Source: a bacterium
GTDB lineage: Bacteria; RBG-13-61-14; DATKZS01
DNA length: 64,000 nucleotides
Reading direction: 5' to 3'
NCBI GenBank assembly: GCA_963674965.2
Contig: CAXXFL010000006.1
Location: 320,001-384,000, forward strand
A program made the translations under genes and the position numbers. The notes beneath the pieces were generated by a model that saw only the letters and a program-made list of their open reading frames with translations, did no database searches and was not told the origin of the DNA. Below are positions 18,772 to 27,926 of this stretch, in pieces (the first letter of the stretch is position 1; the number at the start of each line of letters is the position of its first letter).

Positions 18772-20108
18772 AAAGGACAAGACCCCCAATGGTATCTGAA
18801 AGTGACGACTTAGGTGGAAGTGGTGGCATAAAGGGAGATACTAAGACCACCAGATCAACGGCTGGCACATTAAAGTTTCTCGCGCCAGGGAAAACAGATT
18901 GGCTTGAACTAGATCCAGATATTAAAGAAGACGACGAGAACGTGCAAGCGATAAAAGACCAAGCGAGCGAAGCTGCAAACACCATAAAGGAGGTCCTTTT
19001 AACATCCCTTCAGATGCCTAATATTATCGTCTTGTCCGGAAGCGGCACATCAATAGGCAATGGAATCGGGGGACCATCAATGGAGGACCTATGGGATGTT
19101 GCCATGAGCGATCATTCTTCTGAAACAGAAGAAGGTCGACAGTTACGAGAATTAGCCCAAAGAGTCATTAAAAAGGTGGGTTACTCTATAGAAGAACATG
19201 GGGAAAATATAGAGGCCTTTCTTTCGCGCTGTGAAGCTTACCTTGAAATAAGGCATCAAAAATATGTAGCCGATTTTGTAATAGAGTGTAAAAAAGCGAT
19301 TTTGGGACGATGCTCAAACTTTCTTTACAAACAAGCCACTGATGAATGGGATGACGATAAGCTTGATGGGCACAAAACTTTTCTTCACCGCCTTTCCCGA
19401 AGGCGAGTCCGAGATCCAAGATTAAAGGTATTCACTACGAACTATGATCTTTGCTTCGAAAGAGCAGCCGCTCTACTCGGTCTGGTTGTAATTGATGGCT
19501 TTTCTATCGGTCAGCCCCGCCGTTTTCGTCCGGACTATTTTGAATATGATATTGTTCGTCGATCATCTCAAGGAGCAGAGATTGGCGATCCGCTTGAAGG
19601 AGTTTTTCATCTTCTCAAGCTTCATGGTTCTGTAAATTGGGAACTCCAGGATGATGGTAACATTCTTGAAAAGCTGCCTCCCGAGCCGGAAAAGGCATGT
19701 ATGATTTACCCCGTAAGCGGTAAATACCAACAGTCTTACATTCAACCCCACTTGGAATTGATGGCTCAATTCTTAGCCTCGCTTCGAAAACCAAATACTT
19801 GCTTAATTGTAGCTGGCTTTGGATTTAACGATGATCATCTTTCAGAGCCAATTATATCGGCTATTAAATCGAATTCTCAACTGAGGGTCATAGTTGCGGA
19901 TTATAAAGCCGAGGACCAAATTGAGGGAGGAATGGAGAAAGTAAGCAAATATTGGAGACTGCTCTCCGATTTAGCAAAAACTGGAGAAAGCATTTGGTTC
20001 TTCAATGTATCCTTTGGGGATTTTGCATACCTTTTGCCAAACCTAAAAGCATTAACACCAGCACAGCAACTAGAGAAGGCGGTAAAGGGTTTGAATACAC
20101 CAAGCTGA
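18768..20108 (+). CDS. SIR2-family NADase effector of a Sir2-HerA defence system
   Basis: LSGSGTS, FTTNYDL.FE, DGF, LKLHGSVNW, GFGFNDDH; adjacent to HerA. Confidence 0.9.
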   Translation: MKRTRPPMVSESDDLGGSGGIKGDTKTTRSTAGTLKFLAPGKTDWLELDPDIKEDDENVQAIKDQASEAANTIKEVLLTSLQMPNIIVLSGSGTSIGNGIGGPSMEDLWDVAMSDHSSETEEGRQLRELAQRVIKKVGYSIEEHGENIEAFLSRCEAYLEIRHQKYVADFVIECKKAILGRCSNFLYKQATDEWDDDKLDGHKTFLHRLSRRRVRDPRLKVFTTNYDLCFERAAALLGLVVIDGFSIGQPRRFRPDYFEYDIVRRSSQGAEIGDPLEGVFHLLKLHGSVNWELQDDGNILEKLPPEPEKACMIYPVSGKYQQSYIQPHLELMAQFLASLRKPNTCLIVAGFGFNDDHLSEPIISAIKSNSQLRVIVADYKAEDQIEGGMEKVSKYWRLLSDLAKTGESIWFFNVSFGDFAYLLPNLKALTPAQQLEKAVKGLNTPS

Positions 20109-20120
20109 GGACTTAACACT

Positions 20121-21851
20121 ATGAGTGCAAATGATTCAGACAAAGGCCTTCTTCTTCCAAAGCTGCGGATGGGAGTGGTGTCTTCTGTGAATGCAAATAT
20201 TGCTCGCATTAATCTTAGGGACGCCGGATTCCCCAGTGGTACTTATTATGAGGCTAGCCGTTACGGTCTCGGTGAGGTCGGAGAGTTTGTTCTCATTGAA
20301 GGGCAACAATTCTTAATTTTGGGCCGAGTTATTGAAATACGACTACCAGAGGGCGACCGGAGGTCCATTACACAGGATTTCCCGGGGTCTTCTGGACTTG
20401 ACGCTATCGGAAGTATTCAACTTCTTGGTACCGTATCAATGACAGATGAATTGTCGGTTACCGCAGGTGTCGTAGCATATCCAAGACTCGGAGACCGAGT
20501 GTATGCAGCACCTCACCAATTTGTTGCCCTGATCCCGATATTGATCAAACAGTCACCGGATAAAAAGGATCCAGACAAAATTCAGTTAGATTTGGGGGCT
20601 GTTGGACCTGCAAAAGAAAGCAGTGTTTTTATACCTCCTGAAAAGCTCTTTGGCCGCCACTGCGCGATACTTGGAGCAACCGGCGGTGGTAAAAGTTGGA
20701 CAGCGGCAAGAATTATAGAAGAGTGCCTGAGGTATAAGGCCAAGATTATTCTCATTGACCCTTCTGGTGAATATCGTGGAATGAAGGGGGAAAAAATACG
20801 GCATTGCCACCTTGGGAATCCTATTGAGAAAGCGGCTAAATCGGTATCTTGCTCTTTACCATCAACCTGTTTTCAAGAATCAGATTTTATTGCCTTGTTT
20901 GAGCCTGCTGGAAAGGTGCAAGGTCCAAAACTTCGAGCTGCAATTAGAAGTTTACGTCTCGCCAAATTAAAGCCAGAAATAGCCCCAAATGGATTTATCG
21001 AAAAGATAAATAAAACCAAAGCCCCAATCACTAGCGCAGAAAATGAGTCTGGCATTTCAGAAAAACTTGATGATCCTACCCAAGAATTTGAGGTTGGTAA
21101 TCTTGTGAAGCAGATAGAACAAGAGTGTGTCTGGCCTGACGCTTACGGAGGTGATGGAAGTAAATGGGGCAAAGAAGACGGAAATTTTTCACACTGTCTT
21201 TCATTGGTCACTAGAATCAATGGTGTTTTAACTTCTACTGCGTTTGCTTGTGTATTTAGTTGTAGTGATGATCCTATCCTAATCGACCAAGTCCAAGAGT
21301 TCCTTGAAGGTGATCAACGGTTATTGCGAATATGTCTCAGTGGGATTGCCTATGAATTCAAAGCACGTGAAGTCATTGCCAATGCTATAGGGAGACACTT
21401 GTTAAACGAGGCACGATCAGGAGCGTTTAGAAATCAGCCCGTAGTCGTTTTTGTTGATGAAGCACACAATTTTCTTGGCAGGTCAATTGGTGGAGAAGAC
21501 ACTATCGCTCGCTTAGATGCCTTTGAACTCTTGGCAAAAGAAGGACGTAAGTATGGCGTGAATATATGTGTTGCTACCCAGAGACCTAGAGATATAACGG
21601 AAGGCGTACTTAGCCAGTTGGGGACTCTCATCGTGCATAGGTTGACAAACGACCGTGACAGAGAGGTTGTTGAAAGGGCCTGTGGAGAAATAGACCGCAC
21701 TGCCTCAGCATTTCTTCCTAACCTTAAAGCCGGGGAAGCTGCGATTATCGGTGTTGACTTCCCAATACCGCTGACAATTCAGATGAAAAAACCGACTCAT
21801 CGGCCTCAATCTGAAGGTCCTAACTTTCAAAAAAATTGGGATGTGGAGTGA
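20121..21851 (+). CDS. herA: HerA-type ATPase (HAS barrel + DUF87) of the Sir2-HerA system
   Basis: HCAILGATGGGKS, IDPSGEY, FVDEAHNF, AKEGRKYG, ATQRP. Confidence 0.9.
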   Translation: MSANDSDKGLLLPKLRMGVVSSVNANIARINLRDAGFPSGTYYEASRYGLGEVGEFVLIEGQQFLILGRVIEIRLPEGDRRSITQDFPGSSGLDAIGSIQLLGTVSMTDELSVTAGVVAYPRLGDRVYAAPHQFVALIPILIKQSPDKKDPDKIQLDLGAVGPAKESSVFIPPEKLFGRHCAILGATGGGKSWTAARIIEECLRYKAKIILIDPSGEYRGMKGEKIRHCHLGNPIEKAAKSVSCSLPSTCFQESDFIALFEPAGKVQGPKLRAAIRSLRLAKLKPEIAPNGFIEKINKTKAPITSAENESGISEKLDDPTQEFEVGNLVKQIEQECVWPDAYGGDGSKWGKEDGNFSHCLSLVTRINGVLTSTAFACVFSCSDDPILIDQVQEFLEGDQRLLRICLSGIAYEFKAREVIANAIGRHLLNEARSGAFRNQPVVVFVDEAHNFLGRSIGGEDTIARLDAFELLAKEGRKYGVNICVATQRPRDITEGVLSQLGTLIVHRLTNDRDREVVERACGEIDRTASAFLPNLKAGEAAIIGVDFPIPLTIQMKKPTHRPQSEGPNFQKNWDVE

Positions 21852-21864
21852 GAAGTAGGCGGAA

Positions 21865-21923
21865 ATGGTTTTTACTGGAGATACATTAGTACTGCAGACC
21901 ACGGTCGAGTACCTTGAGAAGAA
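21865..21923 (+). pseudogene. 5' remnant of a type I R-M HsdR-like gene, hit by IS copy 2 (continues at 23589)
   Basis: MVFTGDTLVLQTTVEYLEKN|LG aligns with the second remnant at 27551 and resembles HsdR N-termini as recalled. Confidence 0.55.
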
Positions 21924-21993
21924 CCCCTCTGTGCCAACGTAGATGAGACACTTCCCCTATGTTAAATTACTGTAGGGCGGGGGAGGTATTAGG

Positions 21994-22533
21994 ATGTATA
22001 GAGAGATGGATGAAGACAGGAAGAAGGCAGGGATTGTTGGGGAGACGGAGGGAGCCCGTAGGGCGACCGGAGTCTCCCCAACCGGGACGGCCGAGCCGGA
22101 GGACACTCCTGCCAAGCGGCCCGAGCGGGTGGGGGCGCCGATCATTCTTCCCGAGCCGGAGGTCCCGGAAAAGCCCGCCCGGCGGCGCTTCACCGCGGCT
22201 TACAAGCTCGCAATCCTCGGGAAGGCCGACGCCTGCTCGGGGCATGGCGAGGTCGGCGCCCTGCTGCGCCGGGAGGGCCTTTATTCGTCGCACCTGACGG
22301 CCTGGCGCAAGCAGCGGGACGAGGGGGCCTTGAAAGCGCTTTCGCCCGTAAAGCGGGGCCGCAAGCCCAAGGCCAAAAACCCGCTGGCCGATGAAGTGGC
22401 CCGCCTCGAGCGCGAGAACGGGAAGCTCCAAAAGCGGCTCGAACAGGCCGAGATGATAATCGACTTCCAAAAAAAAGTTGCCGATCTGCTGGGGATACCC
22501 CTGGCCAAGCCGCCCGGCGAAGAGAGCGAATGA
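21994..22533 (+). CDS. IS3-family transposase OrfA
   Basis: As copy 1. Confidence 0.9.
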   Translation: MYREMDEDRKKAGIVGETEGARRATGVSPTGTAEPEDTPAKRPERVGAPIILPEPEVPEKPARRRFTAAYKLAILGKADACSGHGEVGALLRREGLYSSHLTAWRKQRDEGALKALSPVKRGRKPKAKNPLADEVARLERENGKLQKRLEQAEMIIDFQKKVADLLGIPLAKPPGEESE

Positions 22534-23546
22534 TGGAATCGGCAAGCACGGCCGCTCCCCGGGTCGGCGCCAAGGCCGCCTGCGAGGCCCTGGGCCTGTC
22601 GCGAGCAACGTTTAATCGTCGCGCTAAAATTCCCTTCGGGCCTCCGCCGCCGAGGCGCGCGGCCAAGCCGGCAAGGTCGTTGAGCGAGGACGAGCGGCGC
22701 CGGGTGCTGGACGAACTCCACTCCGAGCGCTTTGCCGACAAGGCCCCCCGCGAGGTCTGGGCAACGCTCCTGGACGAGGGGACATGGCTGTGCTCGGTCC
22801 GCACCATGTACCGCGTCCTCGACTCGGAAAAGGAAGTCCGGGAGCGGCGCAACCAACTCCGGCGTCCCCGATACAAAAAACCCGAGTTGCTGGCCGAGGC
22901 CCCCAACCAGGTCTGGTCCTGGGACGTCACCAAACTCAAGGGACCGGCCAAATGGACCTGCTACCAACTCTACGTGATCATGGACATCTTCAGCCGCTGC
23001 GTGGTGGGATGGATGATCGCCGGACGCGAAAGCGCGGAGCTGGCCCGCCGCCTGATCGGGGACAGCATCCGAAAACAGGGGATCGAGCCGGGACAACTCA
23101 CCATCCACGCCGACCGGGGGAGTTCGATGAAATCAAAGCCGGTGGCCTTCTTGATGGCCGACCTGGGCGTGACCAAGAGCCACTCGCGGCCCCACGTGTC
23201 CGACGACAACCCCTACTCGGAAAGCCAGTTCAAGACCATGAAGTACCGGCCCGAGTTCCCGAGCCGGTTCGGCTCCATCGAGGACGCCAGGGCCTTTTGC
23301 GTGAAGTTTTTCGATTGGTACAACCGCGAGCATCGGCACACCGGGATCGGCCTGATGACGCCCGAGATGGTCCATTACGGAATGGCGAGCGAGATCGTGG
23401 CCGCCAGGCAAAAAACGCTCGACCACGCCTATGAAAAAAAACCGGAGCGCTTCGTGAAAAGACCGCCGACGGCGCCGGAGTTGCCCGGCAAAGCGTGGAT
23501 CAACCCACCGGCGAAACCGGAGGAAATAAACAGTTTGCCACACTAA
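22530..23546 (+). CDS. IS3-family transposase OrfB
   Basis: As copy 1. Confidence 0.93.
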   Translation: MMESASTAAPRVGAKAACEALGLSRATFNRRAKIPFGPPPPRRAAKPARSLSEDERRRVLDELHSERFADKAPREVWATLLDEGTWLCSVRTMYRVLDSEKEVRERRNQLRRPRYKKPELLAEAPNQVWSWDVTKLKGPAKWTCYQLYVIMDIFSRCVVGWMIAGRESAELARRLIGDSIRKQGIEPGQLTIHADRGSSMKSKPVAFLMADLGVTKSHSRPHVSDDNPYSESQFKTMKYRPEFPSRFGSIEDARAFCVKFFDWYNREHRHTGIGLMTPEMVHYGMASEIVAARQKTLDHAYEKKPERFVKRPPTAPELPGKAWINPPAKPEEINSLPH

Positions 23547-24546
23547 ATTCAGGAAAGGCGTGTCTCATTTTGCTTGACACATTCCGAACCTGGGTTTTGT
23601 CGAAAACAATGCCTCCAACATGGAGAATGGATTATGAGTGAAACAGTATTTACAAAAGTCGACTACGATCTAGGCACGCTAGTCAAATACATTGCTCTCG
23701 GAGAAATCGGCTTACCTGATATTCAGCGACCTTTCATCTGGAAGAACGTCAAAGTACGCGATCTCTTCGACTCCATGTATAAAGGTTACCCGGTCGGATA
23801 TCTATTGTTCTGGCAGAACGGCCTTGCGGCCGACTCACGAACAATCGGCGCTGAATCAAAGCAGAAAGCACCCCGCCTCGTTATCGTAGACGGCCAGCAA
23901 CGCTTAACTTCACTCTATGCCGTTGTCAAGGGCATTCCTGTTGTGCGCGAAAATTACGAGAGTGAAAAGATCCAGATCGCCTTCAATCCCCTTGAAGGAA
24001 AATTTCAGGTTGCGGACGCCGCAATCAAACGAGATAAAACCTACATCCCTGACATATCAACTCTGTGGCACAGCGATAGCAAGATCACTAAGATTATCAG
24101 GGAATATATTGAGAACCTTAAGGCCGCAAGAGATATTTCTGAAAACGAAGAATCAATAATTGAGGATGCGATTTTAAAGTTACAGAGTCTTCTAAGTTTT
24201 CCATTCACTGCCCTTGAACTCACGCCGAACATCTCCGAAGAAAACGTAGGTGATGTATTTGTCCGCATAAACAGCAAAGGTACTCCGTTAAATCAGGCGG
24301 ATTTTATTTTGACCCTGATGTCCGTTTTCTGGGATGAGGGACGGACCGAACTTGAGAGATTTTGTAGAGAATCGCGTAAACCAGTTAAAGCCGGCACTTC
24401 TCCGTTCAACTATTTTATAGAGCCCAGTCCTTCCCAGCTTTTGCGCGCAAATGTAGGCGTCGGCTTCAAGCGTGCGCCCCTCTGTGCCAACGTAGATGAG
24501 ACACTTCCCCTATGTTAAATTACTGTAGGGCGGGGGAGGTATTAGG

Positions 24547-25086
24547 ATGTATAGAGAGATGGATGAAGACAGGAAGAAGGCAGGGATTGTTGGGGAGACG
24601 GAGGGAGCCCGTAGGGCGACCGGAGTCTCCCCAACCGGGACGGCCGAGCCGGAGGACACTCCTGCCAAGCGGCCCGAGCGGGTGGGGGCGCCGATCATTC
24701 TTCCCGAGCCGGAGGTCCCGGAAAAGCCCGCCCGGCGGCGCTTCACCGCGGCTTACAAGCTCGCAATCCTCGGGAAGGCCGACGCCTGCTCGGGGCATGG
24801 CGAGGTCGGCGCCCTGCTGCGCCGGGAGGGCCTTTATTCGTCGCACCTGACGGCCTGGCGCAAGCAGCGGGACGAGGGGGCCTTGAAAGCGCTTTCGCCC
24901 GTAAAGCGGGGCCGCAAGCCCAAGGCCAAAAACCCGCTGGCCGATGAAGTGGCCCGCCTCGAGCGCGAGAACCGGAAGCTCCAAAAGCGGCTCGAACAGG
25001 CCGAGATGATAATCGACTTCCAAAAAAAAGTTGCCGATCTGCTGGGGATACCCCTGGCCAAGCCGCCCGGCGAAGAGAGCGAATGA
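24547..25086 (+). CDS. IS3-family transposase OrfA
   Basis: As copy 1. Confidence 0.9.
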   Translation: MYREMDEDRKKAGIVGETEGARRATGVSPTGTAEPEDTPAKRPERVGAPIILPEPEVPEKPARRRFTAAYKLAILGKADACSGHGEVGALLRREGLYSSHLTAWRKQRDEGALKALSPVKRGRKPKAKNPLADEVARLERENRKLQKRLEQAEMIIDFQKKVADLLGIPLAKPPGEESE

Positions 25087-26099
25087 TGGAATCGGCAAGC
25101 ACGGCCGCTCCCCGGGTCGGCGCCAAGGCCGCCTGCGAGGCCCTGGGCCTGTCGCGAGCAACGTTTAATCGTCGCGCTAAAATTCCCTTCGGGCCTCCGC
25201 CGCCGAGGCGCGCGGCCAAGCCGGCAAGGTCGTTGAGCGAGGACGAGCGGCGCCGGGTGCTGGACGAACTCCACTCCGAGCGCTTTGCCGACAAGGCCCC
25301 CCGCGAGGTCTGGGCAACGCTCCTGGACGAGGGGACATGGCTGTGCTCGGTCCGCACCATGTACCGCGTCCTCGACTCGGAAAAGGAAGTCCGGGAGCGG
25401 CGCAACCAACTCCGGCGTCCCCGATACAAAAAACCCGAGTTGCTGGCCGAGGCCCCCAACCAGGTCTGGTCCTGGGACGTCACCAAACTCAAGGGACCGG
25501 CCAAATGGACCTGCTACCAACTCTACGTGATCATGGACATCTTCAGCCGCTGCGTGGTGGGATGGATGATCGCCGGACGCGAAAGCGCGGAGCTGGCCCG
25601 CCGCCTGATCGGGGACAGCATCCGAAAACAGGGGATCGAGCCGGGACAACTCACCATCCACGCCGACCGGGGGAGTTCGATGAAATCAAAGCCGGTGGCC
25701 TTCTTGATGGCCGACCTGGGCGTGACCAAGAGCCACTCGCGGCCCCACGTGTCCGACGACAACCCCTACTCGGAAAGCCAGTTCAAGACCATGAAGTACC
25801 GGCCCGAGTTCCCGAGCCGGTTCGGCTCCATCGAGGACGCCAGGGCCTTTTGCGTGAAGTTTTTCGATTGGTACAACCGCGAGCATCGGCACACCGGGAT
25901 CGGCCTGATGACGCCCGAGATGGTCCATTACGGAATGGCGAGCGAGATCGTGGCCGCCAGGCAAAAAACGCTCGACCACGCCTATGAAAAAAAACCGGAG
26001 CGCTTCGTGAAAAGACCGCCGACGGCGCCGGAGTTGCCCGGCAAAGCGTGGATCAACCCACCGGAGAAACCGGAGGAAACAAACAGTTTGCCACACTAA
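25083..26099 (+). CDS. IS3-family transposase OrfB
   Basis: As copy 1, but with C-terminus PEKPEETN like copy 4. Confidence 0.93.
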   Translation: MMESASTAAPRVGAKAACEALGLSRATFNRRAKIPFGPPPPRRAAKPARSLSEDERRRVLDELHSERFADKAPREVWATLLDEGTWLCSVRTMYRVLDSEKEVRERRNQLRRPRYKKPELLAEAPNQVWSWDVTKLKGPAKWTCYQLYVIMDIFSRCVVGWMIAGRESAELARRLIGDSIRKQGIEPGQLTIHADRGSSMKSKPVAFLMADLGVTKSHSRPHVSDDNPYSESQFKTMKYRPEFPSRFGSIEDARAFCVKFFDWYNREHRHTGIGLMTPEMVHYGMASEIVAARQKTLDHAYEKKPERFVKRPPTAPELPGKAWINPPEKPEETNSLPH

Positions 26100-27550
26100 A
26101 TTCAGGAAAGGCGTGTCTCATTTTGCTTGACACATTCCGCGCGTCTAAAATATGTCTACTCTATTTTGCGGGGTAAAGACCTTGAGACAGAACAGTTCAG
26201 TGATGAACGACGGGTTAAACAATTTGAACTGCTTAAAAATGCCCAGGAAAGGACTTTGAACCTGCAATACTGGCATGATTTCATGCACTGTATTCGACAA
26301 GCTGGTTTTAGAAGCAGCAAGATGATCAGTTCAGAAACGAACTTAATGTTCTCCTACACGCTCTATTTAATAGGACGCACTGAATACAAGGTGGATGAAT
26401 TCGTACTACGAAGAGTGATCGCGCGATGGTTCTTTATGTCCGCTGTAACAGGCCGGTTTACCGGGTCGCCGGAATCTGCAATGGAATTTGACCTGGCTCG
26501 CTTTCGCGAAGTTGATAAGGCCGAGGATTTTGTGGCTATTTTGAATCAAGTTTGTGAAATAACTCTTACCAACGACTTTTGGAACGTCACCTTACCCAAC
26601 GATCTCGCTACATCATCGCCTTCAAGTCCTTCGCTTTTTGCTTACCATGCGGCTCTTGTATTACTTGATGCAAAGGCGCTTTTTTCAAAAAACCGGGTTT
26701 CGGAGATGCTCGATCCAGCAATAAAAGCCAACCGGTCAGCCGTGGAACGTCATCATCTATTTCCCAAGGGGCACCTAAAGAAGAAAGGTATAACAAGCAC
26801 AAGGGATATTAACCAAATTGCCAATTACGCCTTCGTGGAATGGGGCGACAACACCAAAATATCAGACCAGGCTCCCGCTGAATATTTTCCTGAACTCAAA
26901 GCACGTTTTTCATCAGATGAGTTGTCGAAGATGTACAGATGGCATGCACTACCAGAAAACTGGGAACACCTTGAGTATAAGGAGTTTTTAGAGAAACGGC
27001 GTGAACTGATGGCCCAGGTGATAGCGGATGGCTACAGGACGCTTGTCACCAAGGAGGAAGAAGAATCGAAAATTGAGAAGTTTGATTTGAGCAAGGTCGT
27101 TCTCGATGGTGAATCAGAAAGCATTGAGTTCAAATCAACGTTGCGGACTAATTTGCATACCATGAATCAAGACCAACGAATTGAGCTTTCTGTTCTTAAA
27201 ACACTAGCTGGCTTTCTAAACACGAACGGCGGGACATTGGTTATTGGTGTATCTGATGAGGGTAATCCCGTGGGAATTGAAGTGGATGGATTTAAAAATG
27301 AGGACAAAATGAGCCTGCACCTTGTGAATATCGTTAAGAACAGAATGGGTTTACAGGCCATGACCAATATTCATTTCCACTTCGAAGATTATGAGGATAG
27401 CCGCGTTATGGTTGTCGGATGTAAGATGTCTCCCACACCAATTTTCACTAAGGATGGAGATGTCGAGCGCTTCTACATTAGGACGGGTCCGTCCACCACT
27501 GAGCTAAGCGCAAGTCAAACTCAAGAGTACATTAAGTATAGGTTCAAAAA

Positions 27551-27660
27551 ATGACGGATTATACCGAGGGCCAACTTGTATAACAGACCACCGCAGAATA
27601 CCTGGAAAAGGTACTTGGTTTGGAACTCGTTCTATAACTACAACAACGAGGTTTTCAGTC
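27551..27660 (+). pseudogene. Second 5' remnant of an HsdR-like gene
   Basis: MTDYTEGQLV*QTTAEYLEKVLG, then a frameshift to WNSFYNYNNEVF; ATG overlaps the upstream stop (ATGA). Confidence 0.55.
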
Positions 27661-27926
27661 AGACAGTGAGTCTTAGTCGGGCATCGAATCAAAAAGCTAT
27701 CATTAGCTGTTAGAAATCGGAGATATATTTTCAATGACTAAAGAAAGACAACATCTTGATAAAAAGTCCTTTCTGAGTCTTACGGGGAGTCGTCCGGACT
27801 GGAGTGAACTTGCGAAGGACTGCGTGTGGTTTTCTAATGCGCAGGATGGAAAAATACAGATTGGGAAAGGGAATGGAGAAACCGAGCCACCGAAGGGCCG
27901 GTGATTTCTCCAGATCTAATGGAGCT

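Larger units (their letters stand above)
21924..23586 (+). mobile_element. IS3-family insertion sequence, copy 2 (2-bp TSD AA)
   Basis: Near-identical to copy 1 (one OrfA R->G change seen). Confidence 0.95.
24477..26139 (+). mobile_element. IS3-family insertion sequence, copy 3 (2-bp TSD CG)
   Basis: Same ends and length as the other copies. Confidence 0.95.
23634..27554 (+). pseudogene. GmrSD-like (DUF262 + HNH-like) protein with C-terminal AlbA_2/Schlafen domain, interrupted by IS copy 3
   Basis: LPDIQRPFIW, LFDSMYKGYPVG, VDGQQRLT, FVRINSKG; HHLFP..N.A..N; EFKST...GFLNTNGGTLVIGVSD. Removing the IS and one CG gives FKRARLKY and a 751-aa ORF. Confidence 0.85.

Noticed and set aside
23574-26139. 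ORF starts MTHS at 23574 and 26127 (also 12437), and the tail PLCANVDETLPLC
   Set aside because: These derive from IS end sequence (TTGACACATTCCG / left end), not real gene termini.
27804-27926. N-terminal extension of DrmD
   Set aside because: ATG 27927 has a GGAG and begins the recognisable domain; the extension is unsupported.
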